Below are positions 9,448 to 17,424 of a stretch of DNA of 64,000 bases, in pieces; within the stretch, counting starts at the first letter, position 1; each line of letters starts with the position of its first letter. The notes beneath the pieces are model-generated. The model saw nothing but the letters and a program-made list of their open reading frames with translations. It searched no databases and had not been told where the DNA came from. Position numbers and translations under genes: made by a program. Origin of the DNA: a bacterium (lineage in GTDB: Bacteria > UBA8248); NCBI GenBank assembly GCA_022825065.1, contig JAJDYR010000018.1, positions 33,606 to 97,605 of the forward strand, read 5' to 3'.

Positions 9448-10545
9448 ATGGCAACGGCATCGGAGAGAAAAGTACAGCTTACCCGGATGGTCAAGGCGGG
9501 CGGGTGAGGCTCGAAACTGGGTCCGGAGGACCTGCGAGAGGCTTTGAGCCAGTTTGAGCCGTTTTCGGACCCGAACCTGCTCTACGGAACGAACGCCGGG
9601 GACGACACGGGCGTGTATCGGCTCAGGGAGGACCTGGCCATCGTTCAGACGGTGGATTTTTTCACGCCCATCGTGGACGACCCTTACGCCTATGGCCAGA
9701 TAGCCGCGGCCAACGCGCTGAGCGATTGCTTCACCATGGGCGCGCAGCCGATCACCGGGCTGAACCTGGTGGGTTTTCCCTGCCATATCGGACTGGATGT
9801 GCTGGGGAGAATCCTGGCCGGTGGGGCGGACAAGATGCGCGAGGCGGGCGGCGTCATCGTGGGTGGCCACAGTGTGGACGACGTGGAACCGAAATACGGC
9901 ATCGCCGTCACGGGAACGGTTGACCCCAGGGAGATGGTGACGAACCAGGGAGCGAAACCCGGCGATAGGCTCGTTTTGACGAAAAAAATCGGCACCGGCG
10001 TCGTCACCAACGTGATGAAACAGGTGAACCCGGTGCTTAAGGCCGCGCGCGGCATTTTCGGGAAAAACGGCAAACTCCGCGACGGCGTTTTCGAAGAGGC
10101 GGTGGCCTCGATGCAGGCTCTGAATAAAATGGCGAGCGAGTGCATGATGCGGGTGGGCGTGAACGCCTGTACCGACGTGACCGGGTTCGGCCTCCTGGGC
10201 CATTTGCACAACGTCATGGAGGCCAGCGCCGCGCGCGCGCGGGTCGTGTTCTCCGATGTGCCCAGGTTCGATGACCTGCTTCCCCACGCCGTTGCTGGCA
10301 CGGCGGGTGGGGGCGACCGCAACCGCCTGTGGACAAAACCGTTCGTCGAGCCGAAACCGGGTGTCGATGAGGAGATGCTCGCCCTGCTCAACGACGCGCA
10401 GACCTCCGGCGGACTCGTTATCGCGGTGGATGCGGACAAGGCGGGGATATTATTGGACGAACTGCACGGCGCGGGCGTGGCTCCCGCGGCCGTATTCGGC
10501 GAGGTGTTGGATGGCCCGCCAGGGAGTATTGAGCTAGAGCCGTAA
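9448..10545 (+). CDS. selD: Selenide, water dikinase (selenophosphate synthetase) with in-frame UGA selenocysteine codon at 9505-9507
   Basis: ATG at 9448 is preceded by AGGAGA. Translation MATASERKVQLTRMVKAGG-U-GSKLGPEDLREALSQFEP... runs through the TGA in the same frame as track ORF 9544..10545. The TGA sits at the conserved GG(C/U)GxK active-site position of SelD. The rest of the protein is a typical PurM-like SelD. Confidence 0.8.
9508..9550 (+). promoter_or_regulatory. Putative bacterial SECIS stem-loop immediately 3' of the selD UGA
   Basis: ggctcgaaa...tttgagcc forms an outer stem. GGTCC-GGA-GGACC forms an apical hairpin within ~20 nt downstream of the UGA. G-rich apical loop as in bacterial SECIS elements. 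Confidence 0.45.
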
Positions 10546-10568
10546 TTCTTGTCTCTCATCGAGGAGCG

Positions 10569-11039
10569 TTGTTTATGGAAAAGGCCATGTTCGGCGCAGG
10601 TTGTTTCTGGGGAGTGGAGGCGGCGTTCCGCAAGGTGGAAGGCGTGGCGTACACCGCTGTGGGGTACTCGGGCGGCGCGAAGGACGAGCCCACCTACCGG
10701 GAGGTGTGTACGGGCCGTACGGGGCATGCGGAGGTCGTCTATCTGGAATTCGAACCCGAAAAAGTCTCCTATCAGGAGCTTTTGGAGCTTTTCTGGCGGA
10801 TTCACGACCCGTGCACGCTGAACCGCCAGGGGCCCGACGTGGGCACCCAATACCGCTCGGCGGTTTATTTCTTCTCGCCCGAGCAGGAGGCCGCGGCGCA
10901 GGCGTCCAGGGAGGAGCAGGAGGCGTCAGGGCGTCATTGGGGGCCGATAGTGACCGAGATTACGCAGGCGTCACGATTCTGGATGGGTGAGGACTACCAC
11001 CAGCAGTATGCCGAGAAGAACGGGATTATCTGCCACTAG
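10569..11039 (+). CDS. msrA: Peptide-methionine (S)-S-oxide reductase
   Basis: GAGCFWGVEAAF catalytic motif with Cys, not Sec; typical MsrA length. Confidence 0.9.
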   Translation: MFMEKAMFGAGCFWGVEAAFRKVEGVAYTAVGYSGGAKDEPTYREVCTGRTGHAEVVYLEFEPEKVSYQELLELFWRIHDPCTLNRQGPDVGTQYRSAVYFFSPEQEAAAQASREEQEASGRHWGPIVTEITQASRFWMGEDYHQQYAEKNGIICH

Positions 11040-11099
11040 CCGAATCCGAACGCATCAGCCCCCGGTGGCTCGTAGCCTGCCGGGGGCTTTTTTCCTGTT

Positions 11100-11939
11100 T
11101 TAGCCGTATTGCGCCACGACGCCGGCCAACTCGTCGAGTTTCGGCAGGATGACGTCTTCCTCCGCCGAGGGCAGGTGGAAGAGACTCCTCCCGACGCCCA
11201 GGTCCTCGAATTCGCGCAACTGCTCCAGGTCGGGGGGTGCAAAGAAAATGGTGACCGGAACGGGCGCACGCCCGGCCTTGGCGGCCATATCCTGAAGCTC
11301 CCGGATTCGCGGCGAGAGGACCAGACCCCCGCGCGGCAGCGGCATCCACTCGTCTCCGTAGCGAATCACGCGATCGAGCGTCCTCGCCCCGTTGCCGCCC
11401 ACGAGAATGGGCGGGTGCGGCTTCTGGATCGGCTTGGGCCAGGACCAGATGCGCTCGAAATCCACGAAATCGCCGTGATAGCTCGCCTCATCCTCCGTCC
11501 AGATGGCTTTCATCGCCTCGATGCGCTCGCGAAGGACGATCCAGCGCTTCTCGTAGTTCGTCCCGTGGTTTTCCATCTCCTCGCGGTTCCAGCCGCCGCC
11601 GATCCCGAAAAGCACGCGGCCGTTCGAGATGTGATCGAGCGTGGCCACCTCGTTGGCGAGGGTGATGGGGTCGCGTTCGATGACGAGGCAGATGCCCGTG
11701 CCGAGCATGATTTTTTCCGTCGCGGCCGCCGCGGCCCCTAACGCCACGAAAAGGTCGAGCGAGTGGGAGTATTCCTTAGGCAACTCCGCGCCGCCGGGCC
11801 AGGGGGTTTTCCGGCTCGCCGGAATGTGGGTGTGCTCCGGGAAGAAGATGGACTCGAAGCCCCGGTCTTCCGCCTCCTTGGCGACCCGGTGCGGGGCGAT
11901 GGAGTAATCGGTCGGGAAAATCGCGACGCCGAATTTCAT
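11100..11939 (-). CDS. LLM-class F420-dependent oxidoreductase-like protein
   Basis: 279 aa with the luciferase-like TIM-barrel (MKFGVAIFPTDYSI, GRVLFGIGGGW), resembling the F420-dependent LLM subfamily. Confidence 0.75.
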   Translation of the reverse strand: MKFGVAIFPTDYSIAPHRVAKEAEDRGFESIFFPEHTHIPASRKTPWPGGAELPKEYSHSLDLFVALGAAAAATEKIMLGTGICLVIERDPITLANEVATLDHISNGRVLFGIGGGWNREEMENHGTNYEKRWIVLRERIEAMKAIWTEDEASYHGDFVDFERIWSWPKPIQKPHPPILVGGNGARTLDRVIRYGDEWMPLPRGGLVLSPRIRELQDMAAKAGRAPVPVTIFFAPPDLEQLREFEDLGVGRSLFHLPSAEEDVILPKLDELAGVVAQYG

Positions 11940-11985
11940 GGTCTGCTCTCCTGGTTCGTGGTGATGAATGATTCGCCGATAGTTT

Positions 11986-13320
11986 CTACCTCATGCCCAG
12001 GGGGTTCGGTTTCTGCCCCTCGGGGATGATGGGGTCGTAGGTGAAGCCTCTCGTCTTCTCTTCGAACTCCTCCCGCACCTGCTTCAATACGTTCTCATCG
12101 GTGATGAGTTCCAGCGCGGTAGTCGCCATGGTCTTGGCGGCGGTCATCATGCCTTTTTCTCCGATTTCCATGCCGTATTGCTGGGTGGCCATCCATGAAT
12201 GCCCCGGCGTCCCCGGCGCGTGGCAGGTCGTCATCAGGTTGCCCAGGGGCGTGAGCCAGCTCACGTTGCCGCGCTCGTTGCTCGGGCGGATGTCCGCCGG
12301 GTCGAGGGGCGAGACATCTTCCGAGAGCGGCGTCTCATAACCCAGTTTCCGGGCGAATTCCTTCGCCTCGTCCGAGTAGCTGTGCGCCCCCACGAATTCG
12401 AGGTTCCGCTGCACGCAGTGGGCCAGGGCGCTGTTGGGGAGATTCTCGTACACGGCGGTGAGGAGGGTTTCCTTCATCGTGGTGCCGGACGCCAGCGCGC
12501 CCGCCTTCGCGCAGTTTCGCACGCGCTCGCTCAGTTCGTTCACCATCGCCCGCTTGGGCGCGCGCACGTAGTACCACACGCGCGAGTAGGAGGGCACGAC
12601 GTTGGGCGCCACCCCGCCGTCGGTGATGACGTAGTGGATCTTGACCGGCTCGATGACGTGCTCGCGCATCATGTTCACGCCGTAGTTCATGATCTCCACG
12701 CCGTCGAGCGCGCTCCTGCCGTTCCAGGGGTCGCGGGCCGAGTGGGCGGTCTCGCCATAGAATTCGAAGACGATGGAATCCATCGCGTTCGTGCTGCCGC
12801 CCCGCGTGAAGCTCTTGTCCCCGGGGTGCCAGGTGACGGCGGCGTCGAGGCCGTCGAACGCGCCGTCGCGCGCCATGTACACCTTGCCCTCGAGAGTCTC
12901 CTCCGCCGGGCAGCCGAAGCAGACGACCCGGCCCTTCGTCCCCGATTCGCGCAAGGCGCGCGCCGCGGCGATGGCCGCGTAGGAACTCGCCGTGCCGAAG
13001 AGGTTGTGCCCGCAGCCGTGGCCCTGTTTCTCGTGGGAATCCCCGCAGTGGGGCAGCGCGTCGTATTCGCCCAGAATGCCGACGGCGGGGCCGCTGTCGC
13101 CCCACCTCGCGATGAAGGCGGTGGGGAGATCGCCCACCCCGCGCTGCACCTCGAATCCGTGTTGTTCGAGCACGTCCTCGAGCAGTTCCGCGGACTTGAA
13201 TTCCTCCAGGGCGATTTCCGCGAAGTTCCAGATTTCGCGGGCGATTTCGCGCGCCTCGCCCGCCTGGCCGTCGAGGTAATCGACGGCGTGTCGTTTGAGC
13301 TCGTCCATGTCTTCCTCCAC
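11986..13320 (-). CDS. M20-family amidohydrolase/peptidase (AbgB/amidohydrolase-like)
   Basis: 444 aa with metal-binding motifs of M20D amidohydrolases (HGCGHNLFG, GCPAEE). Confidence 0.8.
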   Translation of the reverse strand: MEEDMDELKRHAVDYLDGQAGEAREIAREIWNFAEIALEEFKSAELLEDVLEQHGFEVQRGVGDLPTAFIARWGDSGPAVGILGEYDALPHCGDSHEKQGHGCGHNLFGTASSYAAIAAARALRESGTKGRVVCFGCPAEETLEGKVYMARDGAFDGLDAAVTWHPGDKSFTRGGSTNAMDSIVFEFYGETAHSARDPWNGRSALDGVEIMNYGVNMMREHVIEPVKIHYVITDGGVAPNVVPSYSRVWYYVRAPKRAMVNELSERVRNCAKAGALASGTTMKETLLTAVYENLPNSALAHCVQRNLEFVGAHSYSDEAKEFARKLGYETPLSEDVSPLDPADIRPSNERGNVSWLTPLGNLMTTCHAPGTPGHSWMATQQYGMEIGEKGMMTAAKTMATTALELITDENVLKQVREEFEEKTRGFTYDPIIPEGQKPNPLGMR

Positions 13321-13539
13321 ATGGTGATGCGGATACGGTTGGATTGGATGGGGCGATTATAGCCCAGGCGGGGTGTTTCGTATACGGCGAGCGGTTGCGG
13401 TGGGGCGGGGCAGGGGGGCCGCCCGGCCCGTGGAAGCCGCGGGCGCAAATGCGGGCAAATGCGGGGAGATGCGCGGGAGGCGAAAAACTTTTTTTGGCCT
13501 GAATCTTAGTGCGGGGCGCTCAGGTTTTTATGATAACTA

Positions 13540-13640
13540 TTTATTTTACAATCGGTTACAAGTGAATAAATTTTCAGAAATTTATCGAAAAACACCGTGA
13601 ATTTATCGAATTTTACCGGAAATATCATTATTTTTATTAC
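13540..13640. repeat. AT-rich conserved ~90-bp module (caatcggtta...gaaatttatcgRaaaac..cgtgaatttatcg...), copy 1; flanked by AAATGCGGG iterons at 13443-13475 and 13905-13930
   Basis: Direct comparison with 61588-61680 shows shared caatcggtta, gaaatttatcg, cgtgaatttatcg and ttattttt blocks. ATGCGGG/TTGCGGG direct repeats lie nearby at both loci. Confidence 0.5.
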
Positions 13641-13967
13641 TGCCGTTATCCTGGAGTCCATGAGCGCGACTCCCCGGCGGGAAAAAGCCCCCCTGAGGAG
13701 GTCAAACGCGAGCGGGGAACGGGTGTCGAACGCGACTGGTGAAGGAGCGATCGAAGATTTTCCGGAAGGGTTCGCCGCCCTCACTCCCGCTCCATCGCCG
13801 CATCCCATGAGAAAGCCTCTTCTTCCTGCGCACCGGTCCGCCGGGGAAAACCCCTTCCCCGCGTCGCGCGCACGATACCGCAGTCCGCTGTTTCGGGAGT
13901 GACGGCAATTGCGGGGAAATGCGGGTTGATTTCGAGAGGGCGGGGTTGTTGAAAAATTTCATCAAAG

Positions 13968-14092
13968 GAGCAACCCCCCCTACCCCCCCTTGTCAGGGGG
14001 GTATAAAAAGGCAATGCGCCCCTGCCGGGCTGAGGGGGTTTTGATTTTTCTTGCCCCCCTGACAAGGGGGGGTAGGGGGGGTTGGTTTTCGA
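13968..14092. repeat. MITE-like inverted-repeat element, copy A
   Basis: Left arm AACCCCCCCTACCCCCCCTTGTCAGGGGGG and right arm CCCCCCTGACAAGGGGGGGTAGGGGGGGTT are reverse complements flanking a ~50-bp spacer (tataaaaaggc..gcgcc..gggctgagggggttttgatttttcttg). Confidence 0.8.
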
Positions 14093-14276
14093 GTCGAGTG
14101 GGGACGACCGTAGCGGACAGCCCCCGCGCCGCATGTGCAAGTTCGATTGCGCACCCCGCGGCGGGGAAGCTATGATGCAGCCGCCATCGCGCGCATCCGC
14201 ACACTCACTGTTTTCCGGAAGCGGTTCGGGGTTTTCCTGAAACAGCCCGCCGGATTGTTGAAATTCCACCTTCTAC

Positions 14277-15197
14277 ATGGAGAAAAAAATGGAAAAAAGA
14301 ACACTCGGACGCACGGGTCTCGAAGTCACTGTCATCGGCTTCGGCGCCATGACCATCGGCGGCGTCTTCGGCCCGGTGGACGACGGCGAGTCCAACCGCG
14401 CCCTGCACGCGGCCATCGATTCGGGCATGAACTTCATCGACACCTCAGACGCCTACGGCGCGGGCCACAGCGAGACCGTCATCGGCAAGTTCCTGAACGA
14501 ACGCGCCGACCGCGGCGACATCCTCATCTTCACCAAGGGCGGGAACGACATGTCGACGGGCGCGCGCAATTTCACGCCCGAGTACATCGCGGGCTGCCTG
14601 GAGGGGAGCCTGAAGCGCCTGGGGATGGACGTCATCGACTACTACCAGCTCCACAACCCCAACGTCGACAACATGGCGGCCGAGGACAGCTACGCGCTGC
14701 TGGAGAAAGCCAAGGACGACGGGAAGATCAAACACTGGGGCGTTTCGATCAACACGGTGGAGGAGTGCAACCTCGCCGCGGAGCAGAACAAGCCCTCCAC
14801 CATGCAGATGGAGTACAACGTCATCAGCCAGGAGGCGGCGCCCGCCTTCGCCCGCGCGAAAGCGGCGGACGTCGGCGTCATCTCCCGCGTGCCGCTCAAG
14901 CGGGGCTTTCTCTCCGGCCGCATCGACGAGGCGTTCGAGTTCGCCGAAGGCGACCGCAGAAAGGGCATCCTCTCGCCCGAGAACATCCGCAAGTTCCAGA
15001 CCCAGCTCGCCCGCACCCGCGAGGTGGCGGAGAATCTCGGAATTTCGGCGGCCCAGGCGGCCATCCGCTTCTGCGTCTCGAACGAGAACGTGAGCTGCGT
15101 GATTCCGGGCATCCGGACGCCCGAGCAATCCCGGCAGAACGCCGAATGCGGCGAATCCCTGCCCGCCGAGGCCGTGAGGAGGCTGCAGGAGGTATAG
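14277..15197 (+). CDS. Aldo/keto reductase
   Basis: 306 aa with AKR signatures (LGRTGLEVTVIGFGAM, IDTSDAYG, IPGIRTPEQ). Confidence 0.85.
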   Translation: MEKKMEKRTLGRTGLEVTVIGFGAMTIGGVFGPVDDGESNRALHAAIDSGMNFIDTSDAYGAGHSETVIGKFLNERADRGDILIFTKGGNDMSTGARNFTPEYIAGCLEGSLKRLGMDVIDYYQLHNPNVDNMAAEDSYALLEKAKDDGKIKHWGVSINTVEECNLAAEQNKPSTMQMEYNVISQEAAPAFARAKAADVGVISRVPLKRGFLSGRIDEAFEFAEGDRRKGILSPENIRKFQTQLARTREVAENLGISAAQAAIRFCVSNENVSCVIPGIRTPEQSRQNAECGESLPAEAVRRLQEV

Positions 15198-15250
15198 GTG
15201 GGGGGGGATGTTGGAAAAGACCGTATGGGGATTCTGCAGGTAGATGGTTT

Positions 15251-15278
15251 GTAGGGACAGGTCGCGACCTGTCCCTAC
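15251..15278. repeat. REP-like perfect 28-bp palindrome GTAGGGACAGGTCGCGACCTGTCCCTAC
   Basis: Self-complementary sequence with a GTAG head. Variants recur at 17154-17180, 19421-19448, 23147-23176 and 23989-24016. Confidence 0.7.
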
Positions 15279-15339
15279 GGGTGAAGGACAACCACGGGGG
15301 TTCGGAGGGAATCACGTTTCACTCGCTCTCCCTCGGCTT

Positions 15340-15532
15340 GAAAACCAACCCCCCCTACCCCCCCTTGACAGGGGGGTATAAAAAGGCGATGTGCCCTCGC
15401 TGGGTTGAGGGGGTTTTGCTTTTTCTCGCCCCCCCAGCACCACCATACTTGAATCATCGCGCCATTTTAGCTGAGGGGGGTTTGATTTTTCTTGCCCCCC
15501 TGTCAAGGGGGGGTAGGGGGGGTTGCCTTTAT
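15340..15532. repeat. MITE-like inverted-repeat element, copy B (with internal partial duplication)
   Basis: Same terminal inverted repeats as copy A, including the gaaaaccaacc left flank and ggttgcctttatc right flank. The spacer contains a duplicated gggttgagggggttttgc segment. Confidence 0.8.
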
Positions 15533-15587
15533 CTCCTGAGGAGGAGGAGTGAATTTCTTCTGCTGAGTCGCGGTTGAGCTTTGCCCT

Positions 15588-15724
15588 TGCTCGTCATTCC
15601 GGCGTATGCCGGAATCCAGGGACTTTGCTTTTGCATTTGTCTTTTCGCTTTATCGTTTTTCTTGGTTATCCTGCGATTCGGTGTTCCCGTCTGCCCTGGA
15701 TTCCGGCATACGCCGGAATGACGG
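15588..15724. repeat. Long inverted repeat (29-bp arms, ~80-nt loop) between the AKR and cupin genes
   Basis: Left arm gtcattccggcgtatgccggaatccaggg (15588-15616) is the exact reverse complement of ccctggattccggcatacgccggaatgac (15696-15724). Each arm is internally palindromic. Confidence 0.6.
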
Positions 15725-15801
15725 CGGTGGTCAATGCCGAGCGAGGAGGGGTTTTCAACAGCCCGTAAGGTGCGATTTTATCGTTCATAAAGGAGACGAA
15801 A

Positions 15802-16203
15802 ATGCCGGTGACGAATTGGGACGAACTGCCCGTGAAGGTGCCGTTCCCGGGGGTGGAAGTGGGCCTCGTGAGCGGGAAGCACTGCATGATCAGCTACATC
15901 CACGCGAAAGGCGGGAACTCCACCCGCAGGCACCACCACGAGGCGGAGCAGATTTTCTGCCTCATCAGCGGCTCCGCCCGCGTGCAGGCGGGCGACGACC
16001 CGGTGGCGGTGCTGAAGCCGGGCGACGTCTGGTACGTGCCGCCGCACACCGAGCACCAGGCGGACTACCTCGAAGACACGGTGGCCTTCGAGGCCGCAGG
16101 CCCCATCCGCCTGGACAATTTCGCGGGCTACCTGCACGAGGACACGCATTTCGTGGATCAAAGAGACCTCGCGGCGGACATGGAGCGGGAACAGGCCGGG
16201 TAG
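15802..16203 (+). CDS. Cupin-domain protein
   Basis: 133 aa with the cupin two-His motif region (HHHEAEQIFCLISG ... PGDVWYVPPHTEH). Last ~10 codons plus the stop (AADMEREQAG*) are shared with the Rieske gene's 3' end. Confidence 0.7.
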   Translation: MPVTNWDELPVKVPFPGVEVGLVSGKHCMISYIHAKGGNSTRRHHHEAEQIFCLISGSARVQAGDDPVAVLKPGDVWYVPPHTEHQADYLEDTVAFEAAGPIRLDNFAGYLHEDTHFVDQRDLAADMEREQAG

Positions 16204-16239
16204 GGGGTAAGTGCTAAACTGGCACGGGAAATAGGTTTT

Positions 16240-16412
16240 GTAGGGGTCAGACATATATGTCTGACTGCGTGTCCGCCCTTTGGGGTCACATATCTTGTCA
16301 TCTCGTAGTATGGCGGAGAGATAAAACCGGGCGGACACGCAGGTCCGCCCCTACGGTTTCGTTTCAATGTGCGCCTTTCTCGTAGGGACAGGCCCCTGTG
16401 CCTGTCCGGGGT
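16240..16412. repeat. Cluster of REP-like palindromic units with GTAGGG heads
   Basis: Units: gtaggggtcagacatatatgtctgac; gggcggacacgcaggtccgcccctac; gtagggacaggcccctgtgcctgtccgggg. Related units occur at 19293-19448, 23058-23176, 23901-24016, 34341-34373 and 40485-40658. Confidence 0.65.
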
Positions 16413-16569
16413 CTGCGACCCCGGACCGTTCTCATGAACGGTCTCTACGGATAACCGCAATTCCTTGTTCATCACTAACGTTTGACCACGCTTGACGAAG
16501 CGCGCGGCGCCTCGCTAGATTCAAGGCGAACGCCAGAGGACCCACTACACTTTGGTGGGAGAAAAACGA

Positions 16570-16992
16570 ATGACGGAATTCGAAACCGCAACCCTCGCAA
16601 TCCAGCAAGCCACCCTCGCGGCGCAGCAGGCCTCCGTTTGGGTCGCCGCTCTCGTCGGGGCCGCGCAGTGCTCCCTGATCGCGTATGGCCTCTACTTCAT
16701 GCGCCAGGCCGCGCGTCACCGGGATGCCCAGCACCGCGAAACCATGGAGGCGATGGATCGCAGTCACCGCGAATCCATGGAGGTGATGGATCGCCGGCAT
16801 CGCGAATCCATGGAGGTGATTGAAGGCCGGCACCGCGAACACATGGAGGGGATTGACAGCCGGCACCGCGAACACATGGCGGCGCTGGCCGTCCAGCGCG
16901 AGGCGGAAAAAGATCGGCACCGCGAATCCATGGCGGCGCTTGCAGACCAGAGCGAGGCGCTCAGGGAACTCATACGGCGCACCTCACAATAG
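16570..16992 (+). CDS. Membrane-anchored protein with tandem 11-residue repeats (HRESMEVMDRR-type), unknown function
   Basis: Hydrophobic segment VWVAALVGAAQCSLIAYGLYFMRQAAR, then at least 6 tandem 11-aa repeats (DAQHRETMEAM / DRSHRESMEVM / DRRHRESMEVI / EGRHREHMEGI / DSRHREHMAAL ...). A paralog with the same architecture sits at 63584-64000. Confidence 0.55.
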   Translation: MTEFETATLAIQQATLAAQQASVWVAALVGAAQCSLIAYGLYFMRQAARHRDAQHRETMEAMDRSHRESMEVMDRRHRESMEVIEGRHREHMEGIDSRHREHMAALAVQREAEKDRHRESMAALADQSEALRELIRRTSQ

Positions 16993-17194
16993 CATTCGCA
17001 CGAGAATCGGACGTTTCACGAGGTAGAGCGGCCATAGAGAGCCGCCCTGCTGCAGGTTCGTTTCGAAACGCGGGAGATGCGCAGCCGGACAGGGCAGGGG
17101 CCGCATTCATGAATCAATCGACGTTGACTCGCCGGTAAGTGAATTTGAATTTGGAGGGACAGATCGCGACCTGTCCCTACCCCTCTCTCGGCTT

Positions 17195-17330
17195 GAAAAC
17201 CAACCCCCCCTACCCCCCCTTGTCAGGGGGGCAAGAAAAAGCAAACCCCTCTCAGCATGGCGGGGACGCATCGCCTTTTTATACCCCCCTGTTAAGGGGG
17301 GGTAGGGGGGGTTGCCTTTATCCCCTGAGG
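17195..17330. repeat. MITE-like inverted-repeat element, copy C (spacer in opposite orientation)
   Basis: Same terminal inverted repeats. The spacer is the reverse complement of copy A's spacer. Confidence 0.8.
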
Positions 17331-17424
17331 ACTCGCTCTTGCCGGGGAGTTGTTCCGCCGGTAGGGTGGTGCGGACGTTCGGGGACGAACGAGGCGGCGA
17401 AGCCTCCCCGCGCGGAATGGAGGG

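Noticed and set aside
10569-11039. MsrA as a second selenoprotein next to selD
   Set aside because: The catalytic position is encoded as Cys (GAGCFWG) and there is no in-frame TGA.
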